Below are positions 41,357 through 51,022 of a stretch of 64,000 nt of DNA, in pieces. The DNA is taken from IMG/VR virus record IMGVR_UViG_2778261631_000002; one strand, 5' to 3'. The stretch comes from a virus. Taxonomy: Duplodnaviria; Heunggongvirae; Uroviricota; Caudoviricetes. Numbering within the stretch: position 1 is the stretch's first letter; each line of letters starts with the position of its first letter. The position numbers were made by a program, and so were the translations under genes. The notes under the pieces are model-generated. The model did no database searches. It was given only the letters and a program-made list of their open reading frames with translations, and was not told the origin of the DNA.

Positions 41357-42172
41357 ATGAGCAAAAACTTTTTTCAATCCGGGGCATTTTTGGGGAATGG
41401 ACTGTCCCGTTTCGCTTTGAACTCTGATCCTGTGCAGCTGATGGAGTCTGCCCGAGCAAGCGCCGAACCGCCAACAGATCCGGTTATTAATAATAATCCG
41501 GAACCGGCGGCACAGACTAACGATAACGTTCCATCTGATCCGGCTCCTGAGCAAATCCTGGAAGAGAAAGACGGTAAAGAATGGACCGTTGAACAGGCGC
41601 ACCAGATGATTCTGGAAGCTGCAAATCGAAGTGCGATGCAGAATGCGTTGAGTGATGCGGCCGACGCCGTTTTCGCCTGGGCTGATAGCGGTGATCTGAC
41701 TTTCGACTCCCTTGATGGTTTCATTCAGGCTATCGCTGGTATCTCTGATGACGACGACTCCGAAGTTACAGAAGAACAGGACGATGCCTATAACGAAGCA
41801 TGGGCAAATGTTGCTGACTTCCTCGCAGCATGCGGTGTAGATGATGACATGATCGAAGCACTGGCTGACGATGAAGACGACGACGCTGCTGCTGATGTTG
41901 GTGCCTCTATCGCTGGTTTAGATAGCGACGACCGCGACGAACTGGAAGCGGCGTTTGTTGTTGCTGGCACTTCTGATGAAATGCTGACTGAAGCATTTAA
42001 GAAGGTTGTTCGTAACGGTGAGATCAAACTCATCCGTAAACGCCTGCGGAAAAAACGTCTGACTGCGGCTCAAAAATCGGCGCTGAAAAAAGCGCGTCGA
42101 AAAGCCCAGACCGGCGCGGCAAAACTTGCCCGCAAAAAGTCAATGAAACTGCGCAGTAAGCGCCTTGGCTAA
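41357..42172 (+). CDS. Hypothetical structural protein with acidic core and very basic C-terminus
   Basis: 271-aa ORF; poly-Asp/Glu region then KKRLTAAQKSALKKARRKAQ tail. Confidence 0.5.
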   Translation: MSKNFFQSGAFLGNGLSRFALNSDPVQLMESARASAEPPTDPVINNNPEPAAQTNDNVPSDPAPEQILEEKDGKEWTVEQAHQMILEAANRSAMQNALSDAADAVFAWADSGDLTFDSLDGFIQAIAGISDDDDSEVTEEQDDAYNEAWANVADFLAACGVDDDMIEALADDEDDDAAADVGASIAGLDSDDRDELEAAFVVAGTSDEMLTEAFKKVVRNGEIKLIRKRLRKKRLTAAQKSALKKARRKAQTGAAKLARKKSMKLRSKRLG

Positions 42173-42207
42173 AGGAGGAGGCCGGAGAACTCCGGCCTTT
42201 AACTTGA

Positions 42208-42789
42208 ATGGCACCTATACCTTATGGGGTTTACAGCCAGGCTGATGGTGTATCGCCATTTCTGAAAGTTACTTTAACGAACTCTCAGTACCAGGTTACC
42301 GGATATATCAGCCAGGGGGCAGCAATGAACATGGCCCAGAATTGGGAAGCGCCGTTTACCGGTATGTCCATGGGGTCTGTTGCTGGTGCTTTCAGTGGTT
42401 TTGCGCAGGTTGGTACTGAAACAACGTCGGTGGCCCGTTGGAACAGCTTAATGGTTTGGGAGGGGGGAACACCGCCGACTTTCACGCTGCCAGTAACTTT
42501 CATCGCTTTGTTTGACCCATTCACGGAGGTTTCAGGAGCTATCGCCGCATTGTCAGCGATGATTAGCCCGGAACTTAAAGATGCCAGTATTGGTGGTCGA
42601 ATCCCGGAGCGTGTGACGCTAAACATTGGTCGCCGGATCAACATCATTGATGTCGCTATCCAGGACATAAGTTTCGATCTCGATGCACCCAGGGACAGCA
42701 ATGGGCATTTCCTGAAAAACACCGTCAACCTCCAGTTGACCGGTTCTTCGATATATAACAGCTCCGATATTGTTCGGGCGTTCCAGTAA
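42208..42789 (+). CDS. Hypothetical structural protein
   Basis: 193-aa ORF in the late operon. Confidence 0.5.
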   Translation: MAPIPYGVYSQADGVSPFLKVTLTNSQYQVTGYISQGAAMNMAQNWEAPFTGMSMGSVAGAFSGFAQVGTETTSVARWNSLMVWEGGTPPTFTLPVTFIALFDPFTEVSGAIAALSAMISPELKDASIGGRIPERVTLNIGRRINIIDVAIQDISFDLDAPRDSNGHFLKNTVNLQLTGSSIYNSSDIVRAFQ

Positions 42790-42800
42790 AAGGATTTTAT

Positions 42801-43310
42801 ATGGGGCACAATAACACTAAGGGAAACCGTAAATTTATTAAGGGCCGCTATACTGCCAACGCGGCCAAAGGCGAACGACTGGTATCTTCTGAATTCCAGC
42901 TCACTTTTGCAGGCCATGAAGATATCAGCGTACTGGTTCGCACGTCGCAAATTCCTGAAATGACCCGCGAGGATGTGGAGGACTATGGTCCGAATGGTGT
43001 GAAGTTCAACCAGCACGGTCCAATTCGAAACTCTGGGGAAATCCAGGTCCAGTGCGTGGAGACTATCGAAGGCGATATTCTTCAGTTCATTAAAGATCGC
43101 ATTGCGGCGAAGGACTATGTTGATATCACGATGGCTGCTACCCCTGAATCCAAATCTTCCGGGGTTAACGCTGTGACAAAAGCTGCTACAACAATTGAAA
43201 TGTTGGACTGCAAAATCTACAGTGATGCAATCGACTTTAGTACCGAAGATGTGACTGCCGCTGTGCGCCCGTCACTTCGTATCGTCTACAACTGGATTGA
43301 GTGGGATTAA
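42801..43310 (+). CDS. Hypothetical structural protein
   Basis: 169-aa ORF, last gene before the AT-rich island. Confidence 0.5.
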   Translation: MGHNNTKGNRKFIKGRYTANAAKGERLVSSEFQLTFAGHEDISVLVRTSQIPEMTREDVEDYGPNGVKFNQHGPIRNSGEIQVQCVETIEGDILQFIKDRIAAKDYVDITMAATPESKSSGVNAVTKAATTIEMLDCKIYSDAIDFSTEDVTAAVRPSLRIVYNWIEWD

Positions 43311-43607
43311 GTGTTATCCCTTGTACTTTTAATCTTCTTCGGGGGAGGTTTACCTCCCCTTGATACAACCGCATTCCACCGCCTAGCGAATAGAGTAAAA
43401 TAACATCTTGTAAATACTCTGGTATGAAGTGAGTGTAAACTAACAGTTACCTATTAATAAATACTCCTATACTTTTCTACCTTAAATATTTAGTATGCAC
43501 ATGGTTAAATTTATGTAGCGTCAAAGTTTGTGAAGGCAAGATGTCCGTTAATCTTTGTCGAAGCATATATGGTTCTAGGAAGTATTGGCTTATTTAAGAG
43601 GAATGTC

Positions 43608-44600
43608 ATGTTACGTATCAATGATATGAGCAATATTATTGTAGGTATTTACAGCAAAAAAAATGAAGAAAAATCATTTGAGTATATGTACTCTTATCTG
43701 ACAAGGAAAACAGCTTATTTAACACGTGAGTTTATTCGTGATGGTAATCAGGATAAAGAATTATTAAAAAATACCTATATAGAAGCATTGTCTTGGCTTT
43801 TTGCAATCTGTGATAAACTTGAAATACAACCACAGGAAGCATTTTATAAAAAATTTCCTAGTTGCTGTCCTTATTGCTTAGGGGCGCCTTGTTCCTGTTC
43901 TCAAACACACAGAAAGCCAGAGAAAATAAGAAGCGCAAAAGGAATTAAAGATGAGCTTTTCAATAAATATAACGCTATTAAACCTATGCAATTTCCGCCT
44001 TATGCGCCACGAATGATTAATGACATCTATCCGTCGAATAGAACCATTTGGTCTACTTTTGGTGGGTTTTATCATTCATCCAGGTTATTCGAAGAGTTGG
44101 GTGAGTTGCAAGAGGCTTATGCTAAATCAATTGAAGATAAAAATTACAACAAAGAAAATCTTCATGAAGAGTGTGCTGATATATATGCTTGGTTGTTTTC
44201 TTTATGGGGGATTATTTTTAAAGATGATGATCTTGGCGAGGCGTTTGAAAGTTATTATCTAAATGGTTGTCCTGTCTGCAATAAAAGAGAATGTGTTTGT
44301 GTCAGTTATTCAGGGAAGATTAGTAAAACTGATGAGAAAAGAGCATCATTGGAAAAACTTAAACAAGAGTTAGAACTTCTCTTGAAGGATGAGACGACAG
44401 GTGAGTTTAAGGAGAATTTAGAGTCTGCTATATCTGCAATTAAAGATGCGATAGACTCAGGAAAAGATGCAGATAGCAGAAGAACTTTATCGGAAGTCGA
44501 AAGTGTTCTTGACTCAATCGAAAAAAATTCAGCCAAGATGTCTAGTGTGGCAAGTAACGCCCTTAATGTTTTTAATGTAATCAGTAAGTTATTCCAATAA
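43608..44600 (+). CDS. MazG/HisE-like NTP-pyrophosphohydrolase-motif protein with two zinc-ribbon-like Cys clusters
   Basis: About 330 aa from the Met with AAGAGG SD; FEELGELQEAY ... HEECADIYAWL (EExxE ... EExxD); CCPYCLGAPCSCS and CPVCNKRECVC; low-GC gene in an AT-rich island. Confidence 0.6.
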   Translation: MLRINDMSNIIVGIYSKKNEEKSFEYMYSYLTRKTAYLTREFIRDGNQDKELLKNTYIEALSWLFAICDKLEIQPQEAFYKKFPSCCPYCLGAPCSCSQTHRKPEKIRSAKGIKDELFNKYNAIKPMQFPPYAPRMINDIYPSNRTIWSTFGGFYHSSRLFEELGELQEAYAKSIEDKNYNKENLHEECADIYAWLFSLWGIIFKDDDLGEAFESYYLNGCPVCNKRECVCVSYSGKISKTDEKRASLEKLKQELELLLKDETTGEFKENLESAISAIKDAIDSGKDADSRRTLSEVESVLDSIEKNSAKMSSVASNALNVFNVISKLFQ

Positions 44601-44607
44601 TGGTGCC

Positions 44608-44650
44608 CACCGGTTTGTTAGAAAATGAACCGGTGTTGTATTATTTATTA
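44608..44650 (+). terminator. Intrinsic terminator after the MazG-like gene
   Basis: CACCGGTT-12 nt loop-AACCGGTG followed by TTGTATTATTTATT. Confidence 0.65.
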
Positions 44651-44954
44651 TTAAATTAATTTTAATCCTAATAGATGGATGTTTGTTGTGGATATAATTT
44701 GTTTAAGTTTTAGGTGTATTTTTCCATATATAATCTAGGTGGTATTAGCGAAGCAAGTATGGAATTTTGTTAACAGCTAGATATTTCTGAAAGTCATCAT
44801 GTCGCGAAGGCTATTGGGAGATATGGTCTGAATCTTTGCATGATGTGAAATAACTCCTTCTACTTCATTGTGTTTTACACTATTGGGGAGAAAAGGGTGC
44901 ATTGAGGTTACCAGACACACGAAGAGTGGCGGGGATCACTCCCCGCCAGGTCTC

Positions 44955-45110
44955 TTACCTTTCAGATTCGTAGGCTGTGAAGACAGTGACCTCCGTCTGG
45001 CCGGTTCGGATTCGTACCTCGCAGAGGTCTTTCCTCGTTACCAGTGCCGTCACAATGACGGTTAAACAGATGACGATCAGAGCGATTAACATCGCTTTTT
45101 GCTGCTTCAT
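44955..45110 (-). CDS. hok: Hok/Gef-family type I toxin
   Basis: 51-aa ORF MKQQKAMLIALIVICLTVIVTALVTRKDLCEVRIRTGQTEVTVFTAYESER with AAGGAG SD; hallmark Hok sequence. Confidence 0.8.
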   Translation of the reverse strand: MKQQKAMLIALIVICLTVIVTALVTRKDLCEVRIRTGQTEVTVFTAYESER

Positions 45111-45168
45111 AGCCTGCTTCTCCTTGACCTTTTGGTCGGTAAGAGGCTAATCTACGTATGCTAAGCAT
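44962..45168 (-). CDS. mok: Mok-like overlapping reading frame
   Basis: 68-aa ORF covering hok in another frame and starting upstream of it, as in hok/mok/sok loci. Confidence 0.4.
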   Translation of the reverse strand: MLSIRRLASYRPKGQGEAGYEAAKSDVNRSDRHLFNRHCDGTGNEERPLRGTNPNRPDGGHCLHSLRI

Positions 45169-45291
45169 AGATATGGCCTCAGATTAATGTTAAGCGTCTT
45201 GCAGGACGCGTAATGTTATCTGGGGCTTTCTTCTATCTGCTTTTCGGGTCATGCCTGAAGCAGATAGCCTCAAGCACCCGCAACGATTGTA

Positions 45292-45618
45292 TCAATGTCT
45301 GGCTTTTTTTCTATAGAAATCACCTGGAAGGGTGAATATCCACATCAGAAGAAATGTTGCAGCAAACATGATCCCTAATGGCCAGACCGCGCCAAAGAAA
45401 ATCCATACTAAGATCTCCTCTGCTCGTTCTTTGCGGTCGATATCGACAAGCATTTTTCGGCTGATCATGTATACACAGAAGCCAATACAAACATATCCTG
45501 CAAAAGCGATCGCTAACTGTAAAAAATCAGATTGCATCTCCGACCTCAAACTGAAAACGCCAGGTGACTCCAGATTAGAGCAATCTATCACCCCCTGAAT
45601 CCTGCCGGTATACCCCAT
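45292..45618 (-). CDS. Small membrane protein
   Basis: Two predicted transmembrane helices; true start probably internal (MQSDFLQLAIAFAGY), since the ORF track start overlaps repL. Confidence 0.4.
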   Translation of the reverse strand: MGYTGRIQGVIDCSNLESPGVFSLRSEMQSDFLQLAIAFAGYVCIGFCVYMISRKMLVDIDRKERAEEILVWIFFGAVWPLGIMFAATFLLMWIFTLPGDFYRKKARH

Positions 45619-46433
45619 TTTTCGTTATCTTTATTTTTGGCTAAAACCGCATTAAGAGCTTCGTTTACCGTCATGCAATGCGGTAGATTATCGAAGTTTG
45701 ATATCCCGCCAATATCAGGCGAACGCTTGTTCTTCAGGTAAGCATATTTCCGCGCAGCCGCCTCTACTTTCTGCTTGAACTCATGTTTTTGAGCGCGTTT
45801 TTTGGATAACCGCAGATTGTCAGCCTTTGCTTTTGCCTCAGCGATCCATGAAGTCAATTTTTTGAGTCTTGTCGTTCCGGCACCGCCGGAAACTGATCTT
45901 TTTGTTTTTTTAACTTGTGACTTCTTATTCTTTATTGCCACGTCATCCTGACAGGGGGAGGGGGTATCATTTTGACATGGGGGTGTGGATAAAAAATCAA
46001 ATAAAGCCAATGTCTTAGCGAGAACAGCTTTAACCTTGGTTGCGGCTGAAGAGATCTTTAATTTGCTTTCAATCAGCGCGTTTTTAGCGTGTTGTGCGAA
46101 GGCCAAAAAGGATGGTGTAAACCGGTACAGGTTAGCGCGGCGTTCACGGTGATCGCCGATAACAATCTCTACCGACAGGATTCCTTTGTTTACAGCTTCA
46201 CGGAATGCGCGAACGACGGTTGATTGGCTATAACCAGTTTCTGCCGCGATCATGCGGTGAGGCTTGTGAATGAAGTATTCACTGGTTGTTGCCGCGAGAT
46301 TTGCACATTGCGACAGGATATGCCCGGCGCTACGGGATAGACCGGAGTGTGTTACAAAGCAGGCCAATTCATAGCCAGAAAAAGTAAAATCGCTCATCGT
46401 TATACAGCTCAGGAAAGTGACTTTAGCCAGCAT
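45588..46433 (-). CDS. repL: Lytic-replicon initiator RepL-like protein
   Basis: 281-aa ORF downstream of kilA in a C1-controlled operon; size and position as P1 RepL. Confidence 0.55.
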   Translation of the reverse strand: MLAKVTFLSCITMSDFTFSGYELACFVTHSGLSRSAGHILSQCANLAATTSEYFIHKPHRMIAAETGYSQSTVVRAFREAVNKGILSVEIVIGDHRERRANLYRFTPSFLAFAQHAKNALIESKLKISSAATKVKAVLAKTLALFDFLSTPPCQNDTPSPCQDDVAIKNKKSQVKKTKRSVSGGAGTTRLKKLTSWIAEAKAKADNLRLSKKRAQKHEFKQKVEAAARKYAYLKNKRSPDIGGISNFDNLPHCMTVNEALNAVLAKNKDNEKWGIPAGFRG

Positions 46434-46462
46434 TACAATGCTGGTGGTTCTTACTACGTCTG

Positions 46463-47263
46463 TTAGCGCGTAGCCGCGACATGTACCAGCACACCAGCAT
46501 CAAGCAATCGCTTCATTAGCCACTGCTGACCTTTGCCGGTTATACGAGTCGTGAAAGAAATCCTGCTTCCGTTGCTTGTATCGATCACGGTTTCTTTGAG
46601 GGTGAAGTACCCACGGGATATGTATTCTTGTTTGGGGACGTTCCTGCGTTCACCGGTTGCGATCAGAATTCCGTTATCACGCAACCAGGTGAAGAGATAG
46701 TTTTGGCCCAGGCCGAGCACTTTGGCATAGTTGCCGATTAGAACCCCGCTGGCGGTAGCAACGCGTTCGGCGAATTCGACTTTAGGCGCATCCATAAGCA
46801 TTTTTTGCTCCAGCCGTTGCTTTTGCTCTGCCAGGTCGGCAGCCAAACGGAGAGCTTCAGGGAGACTCTGCGGAATAGCAGGTTGCAATCTTCCGGCTCG
46901 ATAGTCGATAAATGTCTGGTTTACCTTCAGCCGAAACGCGGGAGAAATCCAGCCTGCGTACTCCACAGCGAGCAATTCATGGGCAAACGTACCGCCGCCA
47001 CGGCCTTCGAACGAAACTATGCAATTCTGCATAGTTTCTTTTTCAAGCTCTTCGATGAGCTGTTTGGCTGACAGCGTTCTTAGCCATTGAGCTGGCGCTT
47101 TATGGGCACCGAGTCCGCTCGCTCTGTGTAGAGCATTAAGGTTGTAACGGCCAGCGCGGTCGGTCGTAATTTCAACACCACAAATAACAGGCAGAGTGGT
47201 TGAAGGATCGACATTTTGATGAAGGTTTGATATATTCATATCCGCATTGAATGTTTGTTGCAT
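46463..47263 (-). CDS. kilA: KilA-N domain protein with antirepressor-like C-terminal domain
   Basis: 266-aa ORF; C-terminal 120 aa paralogous to the C-terminus of the ant product. Confidence 0.6.
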   Translation of the reverse strand: MQQTFNADMNISNLHQNVDPSTTLPVICGVEITTDRAGRYNLNALHRASGLGAHKAPAQWLRTLSAKQLIEELEKETMQNCIVSFEGRGGGTFAHELLAVEYAGWISPAFRLKVNQTFIDYRAGRLQPAIPQSLPEALRLAADLAEQKQRLEQKMLMDAPKVEFAERVATASGVLIGNYAKVLGLGQNYLFTWLRDNGILIATGERRNVPKQEYISRGYFTLKETVIDTSNGSRISFTTRITGKGQQWLMKRLLDAGVLVHVAATR

Positions 47264-47332
47264 TTTTTCTCCAAATTTGCATCAACCTTCAATCACCAGC
47301 TCGAAATGGTGATTCTTTGCACTTAGAAAACG

Positions 47333-47349
47333 AAATTTATTAGAGCAAA
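47333..47349 (-). promoter_or_regulatory. C1 operator-like 17-mer (16/17) upstream of kilA-repL
   Basis: Plus strand AAATTTATTAGAGCAAA, about 70 nt upstream of the kilA start. Confidence 0.6.
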
Positions 47350-47426
47350 TTTTTCTGACTCGATCCAGATCGGGTTGGTCGATCTGCTCAGAAACCTGCC
47401 AGTTTGCTGGCAGGTTTTTTCTTTTG

Positions 47427-48470
47427 TTAACCTATTGCTACTGGTTTTAACAAACCAGCATCAAGTAGCTTGCGAGTTAACCACTGCTGGCCTTTACCCG
47501 TTAATTGGGGCGTCAGCCGTATCTGGTAGCCATTTTCATCATCCAGCACCACTTCTTTCACCGTGAAATACCCGGCGTTAATGTACTGCTGGCGCGGTAC
47601 GTTTTTGCGCGCACCAAAAGCCATGAGAATGCCGTTCTGGCGCAACCATGAGAAAAGGGCGTTTTGCTTAAGTCCAACGACCTTTGCAAAGTTCCCGATC
47701 AGGATTCCATTAGCCGCTGATACCCGGTCGGCAAAATCGACTTTAGGGGCTGCGGCCACCAGCTGTTGTTCCAACTGCATTTTCTGTTCTGCCAACTCGG
47801 CAGCCAGGCGTAGAGCGTCTGGTAATGTTTGGGGGATCGATGGGGCAGGGGAGTTTGCCTGCTGCAATTCTTCCAGTTTGTCGATCAGCGAACGGCGGAC
47901 TGCTTTTGACTCGCGCGCGGCGACTCGCAGGGCTTGTTTGTAGGTCATGGTTATGACAACCATAGGCGTACCGCCACCTGGCGGCACGGTTGCACTTTTT
48001 GTGTAACCGTCCTCACCTTCTAATTCGTCGAGTATTTTTTTGATGAATTTGTTGTTCCGAACCTCTGGTTCCCCACATAACTTACGCGCTTCATTGACCA
48101 TCTTTAACAGCGTCTGGCTGTCGATTGTGTCTCCAGTGTTGGAGATAACATTCACAGCTGGTGATGGCGTAGCTGAAGCAAAAGATGCTGGTTTTTTAAC
48201 ATTCAAATTATTACTGGTCATTCTATGTGCCTCCTTTCTCATTTCTGCTGCCACCGTTGCGTAACGTAGACGTCCTTGTTCAATCAAATAATCCCTGATC
48301 TCGGCTATCAGTAGCCTGTTGATCACAGCCTTATCTGTTCGGGTATAAAAACGTCTGGTTATCATGAAATAGTTGGCAATTGCGCCGGGGATCTCCCGTG
48401 TCGGCATACAGGCAGTATGCAGGGCGATCGCTTCGGCTATGTCATTACGGGTGACGAGAGGTTTTTTCAT
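47427..48470 (-). CDS. ant: Antirepressor Ant
   Basis: 347-aa ORF downstream of icd and the c4 RNA; shares its C-terminal domain with KilA. Confidence 0.6.
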   Translation of the reverse strand: MKKPLVTRNDIAEAIALHTACMPTREIPGAIANYFMITRRFYTRTDKAVINRLLIAEIRDYLIEQGRLRYATVAAEMRKEAHRMTSNNLNVKKPASFASATPSPAVNVISNTGDTIDSQTLLKMVNEARKLCGEPEVRNNKFIKKILDELEGEDGYTKSATVPPGGGTPMVVITMTYKQALRVAARESKAVRRSLIDKLEELQQANSPAPSIPQTLPDALRLAAELAEQKMQLEQQLVAAAPKVDFADRVSAANGILIGNFAKVVGLKQNALFSWLRQNGILMAFGARKNVPRQQYINAGYFTVKEVVLDDENGYQIRLTPQLTGKGQQWLTRKLLDAGLLKPVAIG

Positions 48471-48688
48471 AAAACCCCCTGAACGTCGGAAGAGAAGGGG
48501 AGGTTCCAGTAACTAAGTGAATTGCGCGAGTTAGTTGAAAAACGGGCAGTAAAAATGCAGGGGCCATCAGGCAATTGAGAGCGTGCTTCGTCTTCTGTTG
48601 CTGCGATGACGAAGTGATAGTGGTGTTTTTTGCAGGAATAGAAACGCCAGATGAATTCTTGGCGTGCGCAAGGATTGGCATTAACCAT
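48467..48688 (-). CDS. icd: Icd-like small protein (interference with cell division)
   Basis: 73-aa ORF overlapping the ant start, between the c4 RNA and ant. Confidence 0.5.
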   Translation of the reverse strand: MVNANPCARQEFIWRFYSCKKHHYHFVIAATEDEARSQLPDGPCIFTARFSTNSRNSLSYWNLPFSSDVQGVL

Positions 48689-48738
48689 AGTTACGGCCTC
48701 ACAATCAGGTTTAACAACCTGCTACCCGCTGCTAAACA

Positions 48739-48815
48739 GGTGGCAGGACGTGACGGGGTTAGCAGACTGGCGATTGTGAAACCAGCAGGCCGAAGCCTCC
48801 CCATCACGCCCCACC
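48739..48815 (-). ncRNA. c4: c4-like antisense repressor RNA (77 nt)
   Basis: Minus-strand GGTGGGGCG...CCTGCCACC with paired termini; contains CTGCTAA complementary to two GTTTAGCAG target motifs in the same transcript. Confidence 0.5.
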
Positions 48816-48935
48816 ATAATTTGGGCGTAACGCGGTTTTACGGACACAAAAATACCGCAATATCGGATATCTGCGGCTGTCCGCACAATCATTCAGGCTG
48901 CTAAACCCGGTCGCAGAATTTGCTACGACGGCGAA

Positions 48936-48964
48936 ACTATAAGCCTGAACGATTAAAAGGTCAA
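48936..48964 (-). promoter_or_regulatory. Sigma70 promoter of the c4-icd-ant operon
   Basis: Minus strand TTGACC - 17 nt - TATAGT. Confidence 0.6.
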
Positions 48965-49002
48965 TATGATGCAAAAAGATAGCATTCGCGACTTAAAAAT
49001 AC

Positions 49003-49019
49003 AAATTTATTAGAGCAGA
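49003..49019 (-). promoter_or_regulatory. C1 operator-like 17-mer (15/17) upstream of the immI operon
   Basis: Plus strand AAATTTATTAGAGCAGA. Confidence 0.5.
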
Positions 49020-49300
49020 TTAGCGTCGTGCAATAGATATATTATTTGTGATGAAAAATAATGCAGAGGGATATTGTAACTTTAAGATGGATATCAATAG
49101 TCGATACATAAATTAAGTTAGCAATAAACTATTAACTTAAGAAATAATGCAGATGGTGAACTTGTCTCTGACTTTTCAGCTATACACAATAAGTTAGGGA
49201 TAGCTTATAAAAAGTTGATTAATTGATATAAGTCAATGGGAGTATTCTTGTTTACTTTCCGTTCTCGTGGTAACTTCTCGCCGGTTTTTGTTTTTCTGGG

Positions 49301-49822
49301 ATGATTCTTATGTCTAAAAAGTATACTTTATGCGCTCTTGTTGTATCTGCAATTCTTCTTTCTGGGTGTCAATCTAGCGGTGCTGATTATGCTGCCGATG
49401 TTTATGATACCGCTCAATTGAATTCGAAGCAGGAAACAAAGACAGTCAATATTATCTCTGTGCTTCCAGCTAAAGTGAAAGTTGATAATAAAGCTAATAA
49501 AGAAGCGGCACAGACATTTGGTGCGGTACTGGGAGCTGTTGCTGGGGGCGTTGCCGGTTATAATGTTAAAGGCACATCGACACTGGGTGCTGTAGCTGGC
49601 GGTACTGGTGGTGCGGCTCTTGGTGCAGCGGCTGGTTCTTTGGTTAGTGATAAAACAATTGTTGAAGGTGTTTCACTGACTTATAAAGAAGGAACTAAGG
49701 TGTTCACTTCAACTCAAGTTGGTAAAGCATGCCAGTTTACAACGGGGCTTGCTGTGCTTATTTCAACTAAAGATAATGAAACTCGAATTCAGCCAAATGC
49801 TACTTGTCCAGAAAAGAAATAA
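49301..49822 (+). CDS. Lipoprotein with Gly/Ala-rich region
   Basis: Signal peptide with lipobox LSGC; AT-rich gene. Confidence 0.55.
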   Translation: MILMSKKYTLCALVVSAILLSGCQSSGADYAADVYDTAQLNSKQETKTVNIISVLPAKVKVDNKANKEAAQTFGAVLGAVAGGVAGYNVKGTSTLGAVAGGTGGAALGAAAGSLVSDKTIVEGVSLTYKEGTKVFTSTQVGKACQFTTGLAVLISTKDNETRIQPNATCPEKK

Positions 49823-49825
49823 TTT

Positions 49826-50365
49826 ATGAATAAAATTATTTTATTTCTAATCTTTTCTACGTTTAGTGTAGGCACTGCCTTGGCTAACTCGTTGCAAAGT
49901 CAAATTGCTGCTATTGCTCAAGCGGAAAATGAAGGGCGAGCTAAAGAGCAGCAAGCTGAGGATGCCAGAAAAGAACTTATTCGCCAACAAGCACAAGCTG
50001 AACGTATTAGAAGAGAAAAAGCAGCATCTGCCGCTGCTGCACGCGAAAAACAGCGTGTTGCTGCAGAAAATGAACGTAGAGCGAAACGAGAAGCCGAGCT
50101 AGCAAATGACAAGAAGCGAGATCAAGCTTATGAGGATGAGCTTCGCAAGCTGCAACTCGAAAGCATGAAACTCGAACTGCAAGCAAAAGCGGCTCGTGTC
50201 CAGCGAGAAAACGATTTTATAGAGCAGGAGTTGAAGGAGAGAGCAGCTAAGACAGATGTAATTCAGTCTGAGGCTGATGCAAATAGAAATATTTCTACAG
50301 GAAGTAAAGATTTACTGCAAAGCGAAGGAAAAGCTAGAGAGAAGAAAGCTAGCAGTTGGTGGTAG
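49826..50365 (+). CDS. Secreted coiled-coil protein
   Basis: Cleavable signal peptide then Ala/Arg/Glu-rich heptad repeats. Confidence 0.55.
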   Translation: MNKIILFLIFSTFSVGTALANSLQSQIAAIAQAENEGRAKEQQAEDARKELIRQQAQAERIRREKAASAAAAREKQRVAAENERRAKREAELANDKKRDQAYEDELRKLQLESMKLELQAKAARVQRENDFIEQELKERAAKTDVIQSEADANRNISTGSKDLLQSEGKAREKKASSWW

Positions 50366-50421
50366 TAATCACTACGATTGCGAGCATACTGTCACAAATG
50401 ACAACTCGTAGAATCTGTTAA

Positions 50422-51012
<591 letters not shown>

Positions 51013-51022
51013 GGGGGCTGAT

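Noticed and set aside
42285-43016. 243-aa minus-strand ORF overlapping two plus-strand late genes
   Set aside because: Fully antisense to tightly packed structural genes in a long co-directional operon; no promoter or RBS evidence.
46414-46424. Copy of the AAAGTGACTTT late-promoter-like motif
   Set aside because: It lies within the first codons of repL (encoding KVTF on the coding strand) and faces no late operon; likely coincidental.
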